Part shown: positions 37,066-50,652 of the stretch, piece by piece
Layout: each line of letters begins with the position of its first letter
Numbering within the stretch: the stretch's first letter is position 1
Assembly (NCBI RefSeq): GCF_041956535.1
Contig: NW_027192193.1
Span: 512,235 to 576,234 of the forward strand
Length of the DNA: 64,000 nucleotides
Direction of reading: 5' to 3'
Source of the DNA: Calcarisporiella thermophila CBS 279.70
Taxonomy: Eukaryota; Fungi; Calcarisporiellomycota
Position numbers and translations under genes: made by a program
Notes under the pieces: model-generated
Told to the model about the DNA's origin: nothing
Databases searched by the model: none
What the model saw: only the letters and a program-made list of their open reading frames with translations

Positions 37066-38644
37066 ATGTCAGGCGAAGAATCCCACGAATCACGCGTGCT
37101 AGAATCACCGGCGCTCTCAATGGAATCGTTGATAGCATTGCACTCTAATCCATGGGAATCTTATCAGCAAAATCTTGACTTTGAAATGATCATGGATCAT
37201 GAGACCTTGCGTGTACCCTCAATCGTAACGGGCAGACGAGCAGTTACTCCGGATGGTCAAAATGTCGAATTTGTCCCATATATGCCTGAGCAACAACCTG
37301 TTGGCGTCGGCATGGTAGGTGAGAATATGGCGTCGGACTACTTTACATTAGGAGCGTTCCAGATGCAGTGGGGATCAGTAAAGTCCGGTGTTCATGTGAG
37401 TTCTCTTTCTATTGATGACTCTGTGCAAATAGCGTCCATTAATTAACACTGACGCTATCTGTTCTGTCCTTGTGTCGCTATATTTGCTATAGAATTCCCC
37501 CCCTTTTCTATTCCAGAGTGATTCGCTAGAGCGACATTCGGCGGAAGTTGAAATTTCACAATCGAAAGATCAGCTTAGTGAACCCTCGACTTCACTTTCC
37601 AGGGCAGGAACAGACCCCCCTCAGGGCCATGATACTGCATCGAAGAGAAATAAAAAGCCTCGTCTTAATTCCACCGTAAACAGTCGTCTCTCCAGCTCTC
37701 CTGTAAACAGTGGTTTATCCTCTACGATGCCGTCAGATAAATTCCTGAATAGAGCACTGACGGTGCAAGATGTGTTCTCATCACCTAACTTCTCTAGCAA
37801 CCTTCCCGCTGAGGGAGCTCGCATGGATGCTTTATCTTCCCAGCCTAACCCCTCTCCCAAGTCAACCCAGTTTACGTTCTCCATGGTAAACTCGGCCGAT
37901 AAGTCGGCACTCATCTCCACTCACCCACCCTATTCTTCAAAGTCGGCTAATCCACAGCCCTTCACGTCTCCGGCCGACTCTGCCACGTTCCCCTCACCCT
38001 CTCCAGGTGGTTTATTCCCCGCCGGCCATCCCCCCATCTCTCCCGCCAGCATTCCGCTTCAGAGTTTGTCCCTAATGTCCCCTGTTTCTCTTCCTAAAGA
38101 TGCAGCCAGCCCATCGAATCCTCTTCGGTTGATTAGCCCCAGTCTCAAGCCAAACGCCCAGGCAAAGTAAGTTCCAATCGAAGCCTGCACCATCTCTATC
38201 CCGGGCTAAACTGACGCTAATTCCCCCCCATTTTTTATATTTTATCGCTAGCCCTTCTACCGAGATCCCCCCTAAGAATGTATCAGCGCGTCGCTCAGCA
38301 CACAAGGTCAATGAAAAGAAGCGACGCGATGCATTCCGCCAGATTCTCGAGGACTTGCGCGAGTTGGTTCCCGACATAGAGCCCGAGGAAAAGGCAAAGG
38401 GCAATTTTGTCGTGAGTAAGGTGATGTTGTTACGCAAGGGTATGGTTCTTGGCTTATTGCAGAAGTCGTCTTTTGCACCTATTCACACTCGCTTCTCACT
38501 GCCTTTTCTTTCTTATTTTCCCTCTTAGCTTATGAGCATATCTGCCATCTGCGAAAATTATCCGAGACTAAGAATGAAAAGATCAAACAATTAGAGAAGA
38601 GACTGGAAGAGCTCCAACATAAAGCCGTTCAGTCGCTTGGATAA
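37066..38644 (+). CDS. bHLH-zip transcription factor, 4 exons
   Basis: RRSAHKVNEKKRRDAFRQILEDLRELVP...SKVMLLRK|AYEHICHLR...IKQLEKRLEEL. Confidence 0.88.
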
Positions 38645-39029
38645 ATATATCTCATTTAGCCTAACTCGATTTTTTTAATCTTCAATTCAATATCACGTTG
38701 AATGATACATATATGTTTTCATTGTTTTTTTTTTCGGTTCTCCCAACTGTATATTCTATATTTATTATTTATAACCCCCTCCTTTTCTCGTTTCTCTCGT
38801 CTATATTTCTAATAGTTTTTTTTTAATAGCGTTTTGTTTGTTCTCCCTTTTTCTTTTCGCCTGGTCTCTTTATTTTCTTTTGTAATAATAACTTCAATAA
38901 TTTTCCTATTATGTATGAAGTATAAACTATACATTTTTATCAGAGTATATTGCTTTCTAGAATGTAAGGCCAAAGGTATATGAATGGTAGTCTCACAGTG
39001 ATAATAAACACTGAAAGGGGGGACTTGTT

Positions 39030-42000
39030 TTAGAATTTCTGCCTTGCCATGTCTAAAAGTACATCCATCTCTCCGCTCCTTAGGCAGAGGTCGCGGAACA
39101 AAGTGTCCTCACGCTGGATCAACACCCGAGGGCTATCATACTCCACGATCTCCCCTTGATCCATCACCAACACGCGGTCGTAATCCATAATAGTGCGTAG
39201 CCGATGGGCAATACACAGAATGGTTGCTTCCGCCAGCTCCTCCCTAATTGTCCGCTGGATTAGCGCGTCTGTCTCGCTATCAACCGACGCGGTCGCCTCG
39301 TCGAGAATGATAACGCGGTTTCGTCGAAGTAGAGCACGCGCCAATCCCACAAGCTGCTTTTGGCCCTGCGAGAGATTACCTCCACCTTCATGAATGGGGT
39401 TTTCGAGGCTCGAAAAGACATCGTCATCATTTCTTGTCGAGTCGACTGCAATTATCGGTGAGACAAGGTGTGACCGACGCAGTGCTGCCCATAGCGCCGC
39501 ATCGTCATGCTCGTTGAATGGATCAAGATTGCTGCGAACAGTGCCCATAAAAAGTATCGGATCCTGCGGGATAATGGTCAGAGAGGATCGGAGGGAGTGG
39601 AGGTTGAGCCGAGCTATGTCTTCACCATCAATGAGAATTCGGCCAGAGGAGGCTTCCACAAAACGGAAGAAAGAGATTGCAAGAGAAGACTAGACGAATA
39701 GCGATAGACATAATTAATATAATGATCGGTTCAAAACCGGCTCATCTAGCTGCAACGGAGCGGAATATTGAGAGGAAGGAGTAGAGGAATATACCTTGCC
39801 AGCGCCAGTTCTCCCTACAACAGCAACTTTTTCCCCTGATTTCACACTGAAGGAGATCCCTCGAAGAACAGCGGGGCTTTCGGGTGTATACCGCATGACC
39901 AAATCCTGGACCTCTATCTCTCCTTTACCTGGCCAATCTGCCTCGGGAACCTCGCCTCCATCCGGCTCCTTGTCGACTTGAATGTATTGCTGTACCCGCT
40001 CTACCGAGTTGATATTGATTTCTCCATCCGAGAAAAATCGAATCATCCAGAACGCATGTTCGGCAAAGCCAAGCGAGTAAACAAGTGTGAGGCCAGCGAG
40101 GCCGGCGTCTATATCTTGATGGAGAATCAGGAAGAGTGCGGTGGTAAAGGCAATTAGAGCGCCAGTTATGCCAGAGCTGACGCTGAGGAAACGGTTACAC
40201 ATGAACTAATAAAACCGATAAGGAGAAGTGAGTTCTCATTTTTCGCCCATCCATACCGGCGTGCACTTACAAGACAGAGGAAGGGGCGATTTGAGTTGTC
40301 GATCAATTGCAAATTTCCCTTGCGGAAGCGCTCTTCTTCGCCATAAGCTCGGATGGTCGTCACGCCGGAAAGAGTTTCGCCGAAATGAGAAAACAGCGGT
40401 GAAAGAGACACCGACTCGATGCGCTTCACTTCTCGCGACGATTGGAGATACAATGCACAGAGCAGCAAATAGGTCACCAGCGTGATCAGACCGACCCAGA
40501 AAAAGCCGGGCACCATGATGGTGCACACCGCGAAAATCACCAAGCAGGCAAAGGCCATGGTTACCGCCACAACAAGTTGATCCATAAGTTCCTGATCGAT
40601 GCTCTCGATATCATTGGAAAATCGGTTGGTGATACGCCCCACCGGGGTGGTATCGAAAAAGCGCACGGTAGCTCTCAGAATGCTGCGAAGCAAATCCTGG
40701 TGAAGTTTTCGAGAAGCACGAAGCGAGCCGGTCACGAGTATAAGCCAGCGTTGAAGCACGAAATACCCGACAAGCGCCACCACGATCGCCACTGTTGTCA
40801 CAAGTTAATTTCTGCAACAAGAATGCATAGATATTTGTGCATAATGCCACTCACCGTAAACGACTACAAAGTAGTCTTGATTTGGCTTCGCAAGCGGCTC
40901 TAGATGGTTCTCTTGGCCAAAGATATCGTGGCTAGTCTGCGGATAGACATTTTGCTTAGACAGCAAAATGTCTGTAGCGTTCTCCGACGAGTAAGAGCGT
41001 GCCCACTCACGCAACCAGTAGTCTTTTGCAAAGTAGACTGCCTCAATGATGATGAGGTTAAAAATACAAAATGACCAATAGAAGGTTCCGCCAGCTGCAC
41101 CCAGATAGCCGAGATAAACGGAAAGCCGCACCCGCCCCTGCGCCTTTTCTTCCTCTTGGATGAGCTTGCCATTTCCTTTTGTTTGCGACGTGGATTTGAC
41201 CACCGAATTTGGATCCACATCAGCGGATACATCGGAGACCACGGGGGTTGAAATGGTGCTTTGTGCGCCTTCGTTCATGGCCAATAAATCCTCTTTAAGC
41301 CATCCAGAAGCACAAACCTCTTTCGGAGTCCCTTGGGCCACCACTCTGCCTGCATTCACCATAATCACCTGTGCAGCTCCTGGTAAACACAATCCAACTG
41401 CATGAGTAACCAAGATTTGTGTTCTACCCCGCATCAGTTCCCCCGTTAGACAGTGCTCATAGATCCATTTGGCGGTGTGTGCGTCAACGGCGGAGAGGCA
41501 GTCGTCCATCAGCACATGGCCGGCCCGAGAGTAAACGGCACGTGCAAGAGAGACTCGCTGCTTCTGGCCACCGGACAAGGTAATACCTCTCTCGCCAATC
41601 TCGGTAAGATCGCCTGCTTCGAAGTTGGCAAGATCTGGTGCAAGAGCACAAGCGTGGATGACCTTATTATAGCGCTCTTCTTCATAGGGTGAGCCGAACA
41701 AGATATTATCACTAGATGAGTTAGAATCTTGTAAGCCTTGGTCCATCTAGGAGAATGGCATTGATCCTAGGAGCTTACCGAACAGTCGCGTTTTGTAACC
41801 AGGCTGTTTGTGGGACGTATGCGATCCCGTTGTGATGATCCGGAGCAAGGGAAGGGTGCAATTGTGAGGACTTGGATGGCAAGAAAGCTTGGCCCTCCAT
41901 CAGATTCATCTCTCCGAGCAAAGCCATTAATAGACTTGTTTTTCCAGACCCCGTCGAGCCGGTGATCAGGGTCATTTGGCCCACCGGGAACTCCAGATTT

Positions 42001-44343
42001 AAACCCTTCAGAGCAAATTGAGGGGACATCCCTTCTGCACACTCCCCCTTGTCCTTCTGCCACTGAAAACTAGCATTCTTGAATCCGATGGTTGGGCCCT
42101 GATCACGGATATCCTGACTCAAAATGTCATATTTTTCGGTCTCCTCCTCGCCCAAATACTTTTCGATGCGTCTAAGTGAGACCAGAGACTGGCTGATCTC
42201 CGCGATAATATTGGGGATCGCATCAAGTGGGTAGGCAACCGATGCAAAGAGCTCCAGTACGGTAAATGCAGTACTCGCAGTGAGCTGGTGGCCGGCAATT
42301 TTGGTGTATATAGTGAACGTGGCCGCGGTAACCAGTAGCGGGCTCCCCCACCAGATAGAAATCATACCAATGAGACGAATTGAACGACTGCGCTAGTTTG
42401 CCCAAAATCAAACCAAAAAACGGGTAAGCGACACCGCTTGGGTTATACAAAGGGTATATATCAAGCGAGCTTACCAGATAGCCTAGCTCTTTTTCTCTTA
42501 CTTCGTTTAATTGTTCCCAACAACGACGCTCCCACGCGAAAATCTTGATAACGCGAATGCCTTGCAGAACTTCGCCTAAAATATTAAGACGCTTGTCGGC
42601 CGTTTCCATGATTTTATCTTGGTAGACCCCAAACATCGTAGAGAGCCGGTAGTTAATGGGGAGGATAAGGAGAAACAAGCTCATGCCTGCAAGTGCCGAC
42701 CACCCGATTACGTAGTAGAGAACTCCCACAGCGACAACCACTTGTAGAGGACGGGTGTAGACCTCTGACCTATAATATATATCCGAAGCAGACCGAGGTT
42801 TTCAGCAACGCATCGTTAATCATTCGACAAGCATTACTTACGAGCAATATGCGAACATCTCGGCAACCTTGTCCGTATCCACGGACATCAAATTCATGAT
42901 TCGCCCATGGGTTGCCTTTTCGCCGTCCTTCTCGCTCGTCTCCTCCGCTTCCCCTTCTTCTTCCGTGTTACCTGCATCTTTCCCATGCGAAGACAATTCC
43001 GCCAGCAAAGCATCCTTCGAGGATCCCGCCATATCCTTTCTCCGCAGAGTCTTTTTATAAACCTCTGAAACTAGCACTGAGCGTATTCGAATGGACAGCC
43101 TTCCACCAATTGCGAAAACAAGGGATAGACAAAAGGTCTCGACTAACAAGCTGACGAGTAGACCAACCGAAAACCAAAGAGCCAGCTCACGAGTTCCAGA
43201 GGAGGGATCCTCGAGATAGCGCAGAATATGCTGCAAAAAAATCACCGGCGCATAGGTCGACGCTACCCAGACTAAACCAAAGAAAATCTGACCAAGCAAA
43301 AAAGGAGTCGAGTAAATAAGAATGCGCCTCAACAGGGTCCTTCCTGCATTCCTAAAGTTGAATTGTAGAAACATGAGCGATCATATAGGGAGAAGCTCCA
43401 GGGTCTGAACATAGAGCGGCAAAATATAGTTACTTGATTGGTTGGTAGTTTGCAAAGGTGACGGATGCCTTGTCATCAGGAATAAGCTCCCATATATCCT
43501 CTTCAGAAAGAGTATTCCAAAATCCTTTCCAAAGCAAAGGTACTACCCAGAAGAAAGTGGCACGGGACAAGGGCGAAGCATAGTATTCGGGATTTGAGGT
43601 CCGATTCTAGTATCATTACAACAAGAAAAGTATATGAAGCGAGATCAATTTTGATGAAAAAGCCCATCGTAATATTCAGCATTACATCACATGACTTTTC
43701 CGAATTCCGGGAAGGAGGGGTTGAGAGCACAGCGATAGCAAGCAGACAAGCTGACGAGAAGTTCAAAACGGAGAGTCCCAGCTCGAGTTCTCCGCGTGGG
43801 TGAAAAATGAGAGAACGCATCCGGATGTACGCTATGGGAAGATAGATGAAGTAAAAGCCGGAAATCAAAGGTGATATTAGGCCCGAGACACGCTCGGGAT
43901 ATCTATATTGGCAAAAAGCCGCCAACGCAACGATTGCCCAAACAGCAGTCTCGATCAACGGATATATCTCCAAGTCTATGTGCTCTTTATGCCGGATAAT
44001 AAATAGCACCAAATTCAATAGAGAAATAAAAAGAGCCCCCGTCGGCTTCAGGGCGAGGCATACGGCACGAATCGAGCCAGAGTCACTAATTGAATCAGCC
44101 TCTTCGCCAACTTCATCCTCATCAATTGCTGTGGGTGCCTCTAATGAATTACACTCATCTTGAGGGATGAGGGAGTAGTCCGCATTAGATGAGGCTTTTT
44201 TGAAGAGCCCAAGGCAATTTGCTGCCCACAGTCCGTGTACAAGAACAACCAAAGTCGAAATTAAAATGTAAGCAAGAGGCAATGCCGTCTCGATAACGCT
44301 ATCCAATGCTATAAACTGAGAAACCACAATGGCAGAGAGCCAT
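39030..44343 (-). CDS. ABCC/MRP-type ABC transporter (Ybt1/Bpt1-like), multi-exon
   Basis: TMD0-TMD1-NBD1 (GSTGSGKT, LSGGQKQR)-TMD2 (FFDTTPVGRI)-NBD2 (GRTGAGK|S, LSQGQKQ, ILDEATA); all checked introns are canonical. Confidence 0.95.
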
Positions 44344-45065
44344 GAGGAAGATATTGCCTTCTACCTTTCTCTAAAACAAATATCAAAGTCATCCCCTTGC
44401 CACACTGGCATCGTCACCATGCACCACTTTGCCATTGAATGCAGTTCCTGCTTGCGGGAGGAACAATAGGGTTAAATATCCACTTGTATTTGAAGAGGTG
44501 GGAGCAATACAAAGAAAGCTCAGTGCAGAAATAGTCAGTGGGGGATATCAAAACCGCCTTGAGGGATTGCCCATGGACGTTAAGCTCCCCTCGAATATAT
44601 ACCAATAACTAAAAATTGAAAAAATTGACGTGGCTTTCCAAAAGAAGTATGTTTCCGGATTAAATAGTCATAATTACATGAACAGGGTGCGATAGTGCCG
44701 AAGATTCTCTTCCACGAAACTTCTTTCATGCAACTTTTCCCTTCCAAAACAGGGAACCTTATCGCTTTGCTTTTTAAATGCACCTAATGAGTTGCTGGTT
44801 CAGAAATCATAACACCGCACCATGCATATTCCAAGCTTGGCAAGGTAAGATCCAACAAGTTGGCGTTGTTATTAGACGGCAGTGTAAAGAGTTCTACAAC
44901 AAATTGGACTAAAAGTACATCCTTAATGAAACACAATATCAGAGTAATTTTTAGAAAAGGAAAAGGGCGTTGAAAAAGGTATCTAGATTGTTCGTTTACG
45001 ACAGCTCTCCAAGCAAGACTAAGGATGTTGTTCGCGTGACGGAAAATGGAAGCACGTCGAGTGAG

Positions 45066-46782
45066 CTAGGCTTTCTCGTCCGATTTGTCGATTCTTTCTT
45101 CCTCCGCCTTGTCTACCGAGCCCTGATCGGCAGCGGCTTCAACGTCGCCCCGTTTTCCTTTGATGCCTCCATCCTTTTTCCACGGCCGATAGCCCGCCGC
45201 AAAAATCTCATCCATCTCCTCGAGAGTTCGCCCCTTTGTCTCCGGGTACTGAAGGAAGACGTGCACGGTCATGAGGAAGTTGAAAGCGCCGAAAAGCAGG
45301 TAGAGCCCGTACTGAATGTGGTTCATCAGAATAGGGACCACGAAGTTGAGGACCCAGTTGAAGAACCAGTTGGAGGCGGTCGAGAGTGATGTTGCCTTGG
45401 CACGGACTCGCATTGGGTAGATTTCAGCAGGATAGATCCAGCCGACTATGAAAGTAGAAAGTCAAATTCAACGTCAATTTTTGTTTTGAACCATGCAATG
45501 GGGGGGGGGGAAGGCAATTCCGCAACTTACTCGGTCCCCAGCTGGTCGCAAAACTCGCGACAAAGAGATACACCATGGCGATAATAGCGTTGGTGGCTGC
45601 GGTATTCCCTTGCATATCCCAAATAACGTTGCCATTGTTGGGGTCCACTCCACCCTTTTTCCCGATACCGCCCATGATCCCCCCGACAATAAACAGACAT
45701 GCCGCCATCATCGCAGAGCCCGCGATCAGAGTGGGACGCCGTCCCCAGCGATCGACAAAGAGGATGGCTGGGATGGTGAATACCACGTTGACGATGTAGT
45801 TGATGCCGCTGGAAACCAGGTTGGCGTCTTGCTCTTTGATTCCCGCCTGCTCGAAGAGGTACACCGCATAGAACATAATGATGTTCATTCCCGTCAGCTG
45901 CTGCCAGGCCTGGAGCGCAATGCCCAAAAACACGCGCTTGAACAGGCCGGGCTTCAAGAGCTCCAGATAGGAGCGCGCCGCCTGCTCGCGATCATATTTT
46001 ATAGCAGCTTTAATCTGATTGTACTCGCTCTGCACATAGGGGTGATCGGTGTTGCCATTGCCATGGATGGAGGCGAGCACTCTGAGCGCCTCCTCTTCGC
46101 GATCGTGGTCCATCAGCCAACGCGGGGACCGCGGGAAGAAAAACATGCCAAAGAAAAGGACCAATGCCGGGACAGCTTGCACACCGTAAGGAATGCGGAA
46201 TGCGGCCTCCCCCTCGAGTTTGGAGCACCCGTACTGGATCCAAAACGCGATCGCAATTCCCCAGGTGATGGCCCACTGCTGAATGGAGACAAGGCGGCCG
46301 CGAATTTTCTCGGGGGCTATCTCTGCCTGGTAGAGGGGGACCACGTTCGAGGTGATTCCGACGGAGAGGCCAGCAATGACACGACCGGCAATAAGCATGG
46401 CGACTCCGTTACAACCCGATTGGATAGCGGCCCCCAAGACGAAGAGGACGGCAGCGCCTATGATGGTGTATTTCCTGCCAAAAATATCGGCCGGATAGCT
46501 GGATAAGAGGGCGCCTACAAAGCAGCCGGCAGAGATGGAGCTGTTGATGCCTCCCTGTAGCGTCGCGCCTGGGTTATTGAAAAAAGCCTTGTACTGGGTC
46601 GTGTTGATGACACCGCTATTGCTTCCTATAAGTGAGATGAAAGCATGGTGAGATGTCTCATCCACACACTAGGCACGATCAAGAGAGGGGGGCCACATAC
46701 CAATGTCGAAGCCGAAGAGGACGCCGGCCAGAGCGGCAAAGCTGCCGATGACATACACATTGTTCACTACGGAAATCCCCAT
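45066..46782 (-). CDS. MFS sugar porter (high-affinity glucose transporter HGT1-like), 3 exons
   Basis: LFGFDIG, DIFGRK, YQAEIAP, PRSPRWL, QQLTGMN, DRWGRR, WIYPAEI, YPETKGRTLEE. Confidence 0.95.
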
Positions 46783-48513
46783 TGGAGCAAGAGAACGCAA
46801 GACAGACAGCTGAATGAACCGATCAGTCTAATATAAGGCAGAGCCGGCTTGGGGAAGACAGAGCTGAAAGAGGCATTTATATCCACACACAAAAAAATGA
46901 AACCGGTTTCAATCATAAAGTGGTGCGCAGATGATGTGCAATCGGGCTGCGCATAAATGGAAGGTAAGCGGCTCGATCACCTGTGGGGAAACCTTTTTCT
47001 GAGTTAATTAGCTCCTGCACAAGCGGTTGGTTCTAGGCGATGAGAAAGAGCAGGCGGGCGACTATGACATTGGCCGACACCATTTCCTGCGGGCATGACG
47101 AGCAGATGCTCAGCAGAGGTGCAGGCGCATCAGATGACAGCCTCTCGCATCGCGCTAATTCCCGGCCCTCCCCTTTGCTCTGAAATCAAGGCAAGCCGGC
47201 TTGACAGCCCGCAGCTAGGCCCAGAACGTGGAGTGCTGTTTTCCTCAGTCGAGTCACATGGAACAAAACGGTTTCATCCTGAGTTACAAGGCGGATTTGC
47301 ATTTTAACTTCTGAAACCCCCTCTTTCCTTTTTGACTCCTGCTGCGATGCGCTGCGCCAACTGCCATGCTACTCTCCAATGCCGTGCCGCTCACCAATGA
47401 GGAAAGTGGCAGAGCATCCTCCCCCCTCGACACCCCGGCAATAGGCCGCTCGTTTGGCATGGCGACTCGGAGCTCTCCAGAAACACAGCAGAGAAAGGGT
47501 GGGGGAGAGTGCGCAAGCAAACGGTACCCCACCTGTCTCTAATATTTTTCCACGACATGACATTGTCACCGCCCCTCTCCTCCCTTCCACCACCCCACCG
47601 TGCGAACAAGCTGACATATTGGGCAAATCTATATGTGGCCAACGCCGCTACAAAATACCCTATTCCTGTTGAGTGCTACGTAAATAGGTTTCAGAAGGGG
47701 AGGCGGGGGAGAAAGAGGAGGAGCAGGAGAGCAAAGCTGCTGATTGACAGGATTTCACTCTAGAATTAAAGGACTTAACTTTAGATGTCGAAGATATCTA
47801 CCCGGGCCGTGTGTAAAAATTTCGGCCCATAAACTGCCGTATCTGAGCTAATCTCGAGCCTCTCCGGGTCTACGCGACACGTAGGATCCATCCACCGTTT
47901 TTGTTTTTGCTCTTTGGATGGCTTTGGCCGTGGAAGCGTCCGAGGAACGTTTAGCCGTGTAGATGCAACGCCTCTATTGAACCAGACCTGGGATATGTCT
48001 TACTTTATGCACTTGTCGTGAGAAACTATCTGCATACTTATTGGGATGAAAGGGCACTCGCCTCAGTAGATGCCAATACCATGGCTCAATCCAAAGCCAT
48101 GGGTATCAACCCCTCGTCTTCCAAGCCAACCTCTCTGCCGTGATAACACACGAAACCCATGTAGACACACCAGTGAGGCTGCTCTCGCTGAGGAAGCGTC
48201 ACCCATAGGCCCGAGCAATGGCGGCATTCACAAATCGTAACGGCGTCGAGGCAGGGGAGGACGGGGAACAAGCGTGCAAAGCAGGCGGTGGGGAAGCGAA
48301 ACAAAACAAAGGGTAATTCAACTTAGTGGCATTTTTATTAGGATGAGGGGAGAGAGTTGAAGTGGCGGTTGTGTGGCCGCGTAGTTCCGTTCGTGGAGTT
48401 TGCATGCAAATTATCTTAAAGAATGGGCACCAAGCAAAAGGAGTTGAACCGACATTGGACAATAGACAACAATGATAAATATATTACAAGTACATAAATA
48501 CCCTACAACACTC

Positions 48514-50428
48514 TCATTTGATTTTCTCAAGAATGGGTATAATACTTTCCCAGACCTTCATACTCTACATGAAAATACGAGAGGTGAGCACCGCAACCGT
48601 CAAGGCAGCCGCCGTCCAGCATGGGCGCGGAATGGGATGAAGCTTACCTCTCGATAAAAGTCCGCGTTTGCCTGCGCATGTCCGGCCAAAAGTTCCTTCA
48701 TTTCCAACTGGTGTATCTTCTGGAAATTGGTCCATTCGTGCTCCACCGTTTCGGAAAAGACCCTCGACTCTTCGCTGCTCGTTTGCACAGCCTCCTTCAA
48801 CTCCTCGATTTTCACCCCCAGCTTCTCCATTCGCTCCTCACGCACCCGCTCGCCCTTGGCAATCTTCTCGCGCAAATAGCCAGTCAGGCCAATGGTGCCG
48901 CGCTGTAGGCGCTCGCGTTCATGAGTCGCGGACTGCAGATACGCTGCCAACTCTTCATAGTCGAGCTGTTTCTGGTCACGGAGCTTGAGCACGTCTTTGA
49001 TACTCTGACTGTATTGAATAATCTCATGAAGCTGGGTGAGGAAATTAGAGCTCTCATGGTCATTCTTGAGGTGAAAAGCAACAGATTAGTCGACATAGAA
49101 TCAATAACACATTTCATTTTTTTTCTTCCCCACCCACCAGCATCTTAATCCCACCCACATAATCAACAAGCACCGATGCCATCCCGTCCAGCCCCCCCAT
49201 AATAAATGTTTCTATCTGCCCTAGCTTGACGAAACTCGCCGATAGGTCCATGAAGTCTTGCTCCAACTCTATTCTGCGCTTCACAATGCGGTGATGCATG
49301 TTTTCGGCTGCCATGAGGCTTTCTTCAATTTTGTTGACCGTGTCGCGCATTTGGACATATTTTTCATCCTTCTCCCTGAGTTTAGTGAACACATTTAGGA
49401 GCGAGTCACCGAGGGAGTCCAGCGTAGTGCCATGTTTGGGCAGGGTTGCGCAGACGATGGACTATGGATCAGGTTCAGAGGGGTAAGATACAGACAACGC
49501 CGGAAAAGAGCTGAAACATCAACCTAAGTAAAAAAAAAAAAAAACAATATTAATACTTACAAAATCGGATGCTTCAAGGAAACAACGCAGATGCTCCGTC
49601 CGCTGTAGGACTGGATGTCTGGCAAGCCGTTGCAGAAATCGCTCCAAGCTGATTCTGCGCCTCTCAATAAACTCATCACTGAACCGGTCGCCGGTAATGT
49701 ATTCTAGGTAGTAAACGTCTTGGGGTCATTTTTATATTCGCACCCATGTGGTATAACTTAGATTACCTAAGCGGTGCTTGCCGGGAAGCGGTGGGAGGGC
49801 TGCTGCAGGATACTCTCGCAACAGCTCGTATAATAAAACAAAATCCTGATAGCGTCTACGCACCGATGCCACCTTATTCTTAAAGCTTTCCAGCGATGTC
49901 TAAGTCAGAGTGCAATGCGTAATAAACACTATGATCCCTATGTCTTTCAAAAGAGAAATGCGCTATTTGCGCTTACCTCGGTTGTGACCAAATATGACAC
50001 ATGGGCATCCTTATCCCGTGTAACTTCTGGTGAAGTAACATGAATTTCCATGAACATCCCATCCGGCGCCCTCTCGTCGTCTCTACTCCCATTGTATTTT
50101 CCAGACGCATTCTCGCCATTATTCACCTGGCTAGGCTCTGTGGTAGTGCCGTATGGACTTTTGGTGTTTTTCTAATACAAGAGAGGATGGGGAGAGCACA
50201 AGGTGATTAGAGGGATGTGAAATGGCTTCATGGTTGAATTGGCAGCTTAATGAATTTTACCTGGATTTCATTATATGCTTCCGCAGGCTTATCCTCCTGT
50301 TTCACTTGCTTAATGCCCTTGGCGGGTGCGGTGGGAGTGACGGTTGGGGCGGTCAGAGGGGTAGGCAGGGTTTCTGTGTCCGTTGCGCCGGTGTCGAACT
50401 GAATGGAATGTTCAGTAGAATCAGACAT
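48514..50428 (-). CDS. SNX4: Sorting nexin-4 (PX-BAR), multi-exon
   Basis: PX motifs VRRRYQDF, PPLPGKHRL|EYITGDRFSDEFIERRR, HPVL; BAR domain; C-terminal VWESIIP. Confidence 0.9.
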
Positions 50429-50652
50429 GGACAAGATTAGGGAGTCTTATTAATGGACAGCTGAAGAATTAGAAGGGAATCTTTTAAGGGAAAAGCCGCA
50501 GAAACCACTTTTTGTAACTGCCTCCATTTTCAGGCGGTTACATTGTACCCCGCCACCGAATAATTTCCAAGTAAAGACATTTGAGTTCCGATTTGTTGAA
50601 GCAGAAAAAAAATTAAGCATAGGAAAAAAAAATACACATAGGGTATATTACA

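Noticed and set aside
40799-40856. Apparent in-frame TAA in the ABC transporter (readthrough or pseudogene?)
   Set aside because: It lies inside a canonical intron (GTGAGT...ACAACAG) that restores the frame: VVVY|VAIVV.
45493-46506. 337-aa + strand ORF
   Set aside because: Antisense shadow of the GC3-rich sugar porter, with no protein-like motifs. The same applies to other antisense ORFs over PEX6, the ABC transporter and the antiporter (54533-55138).
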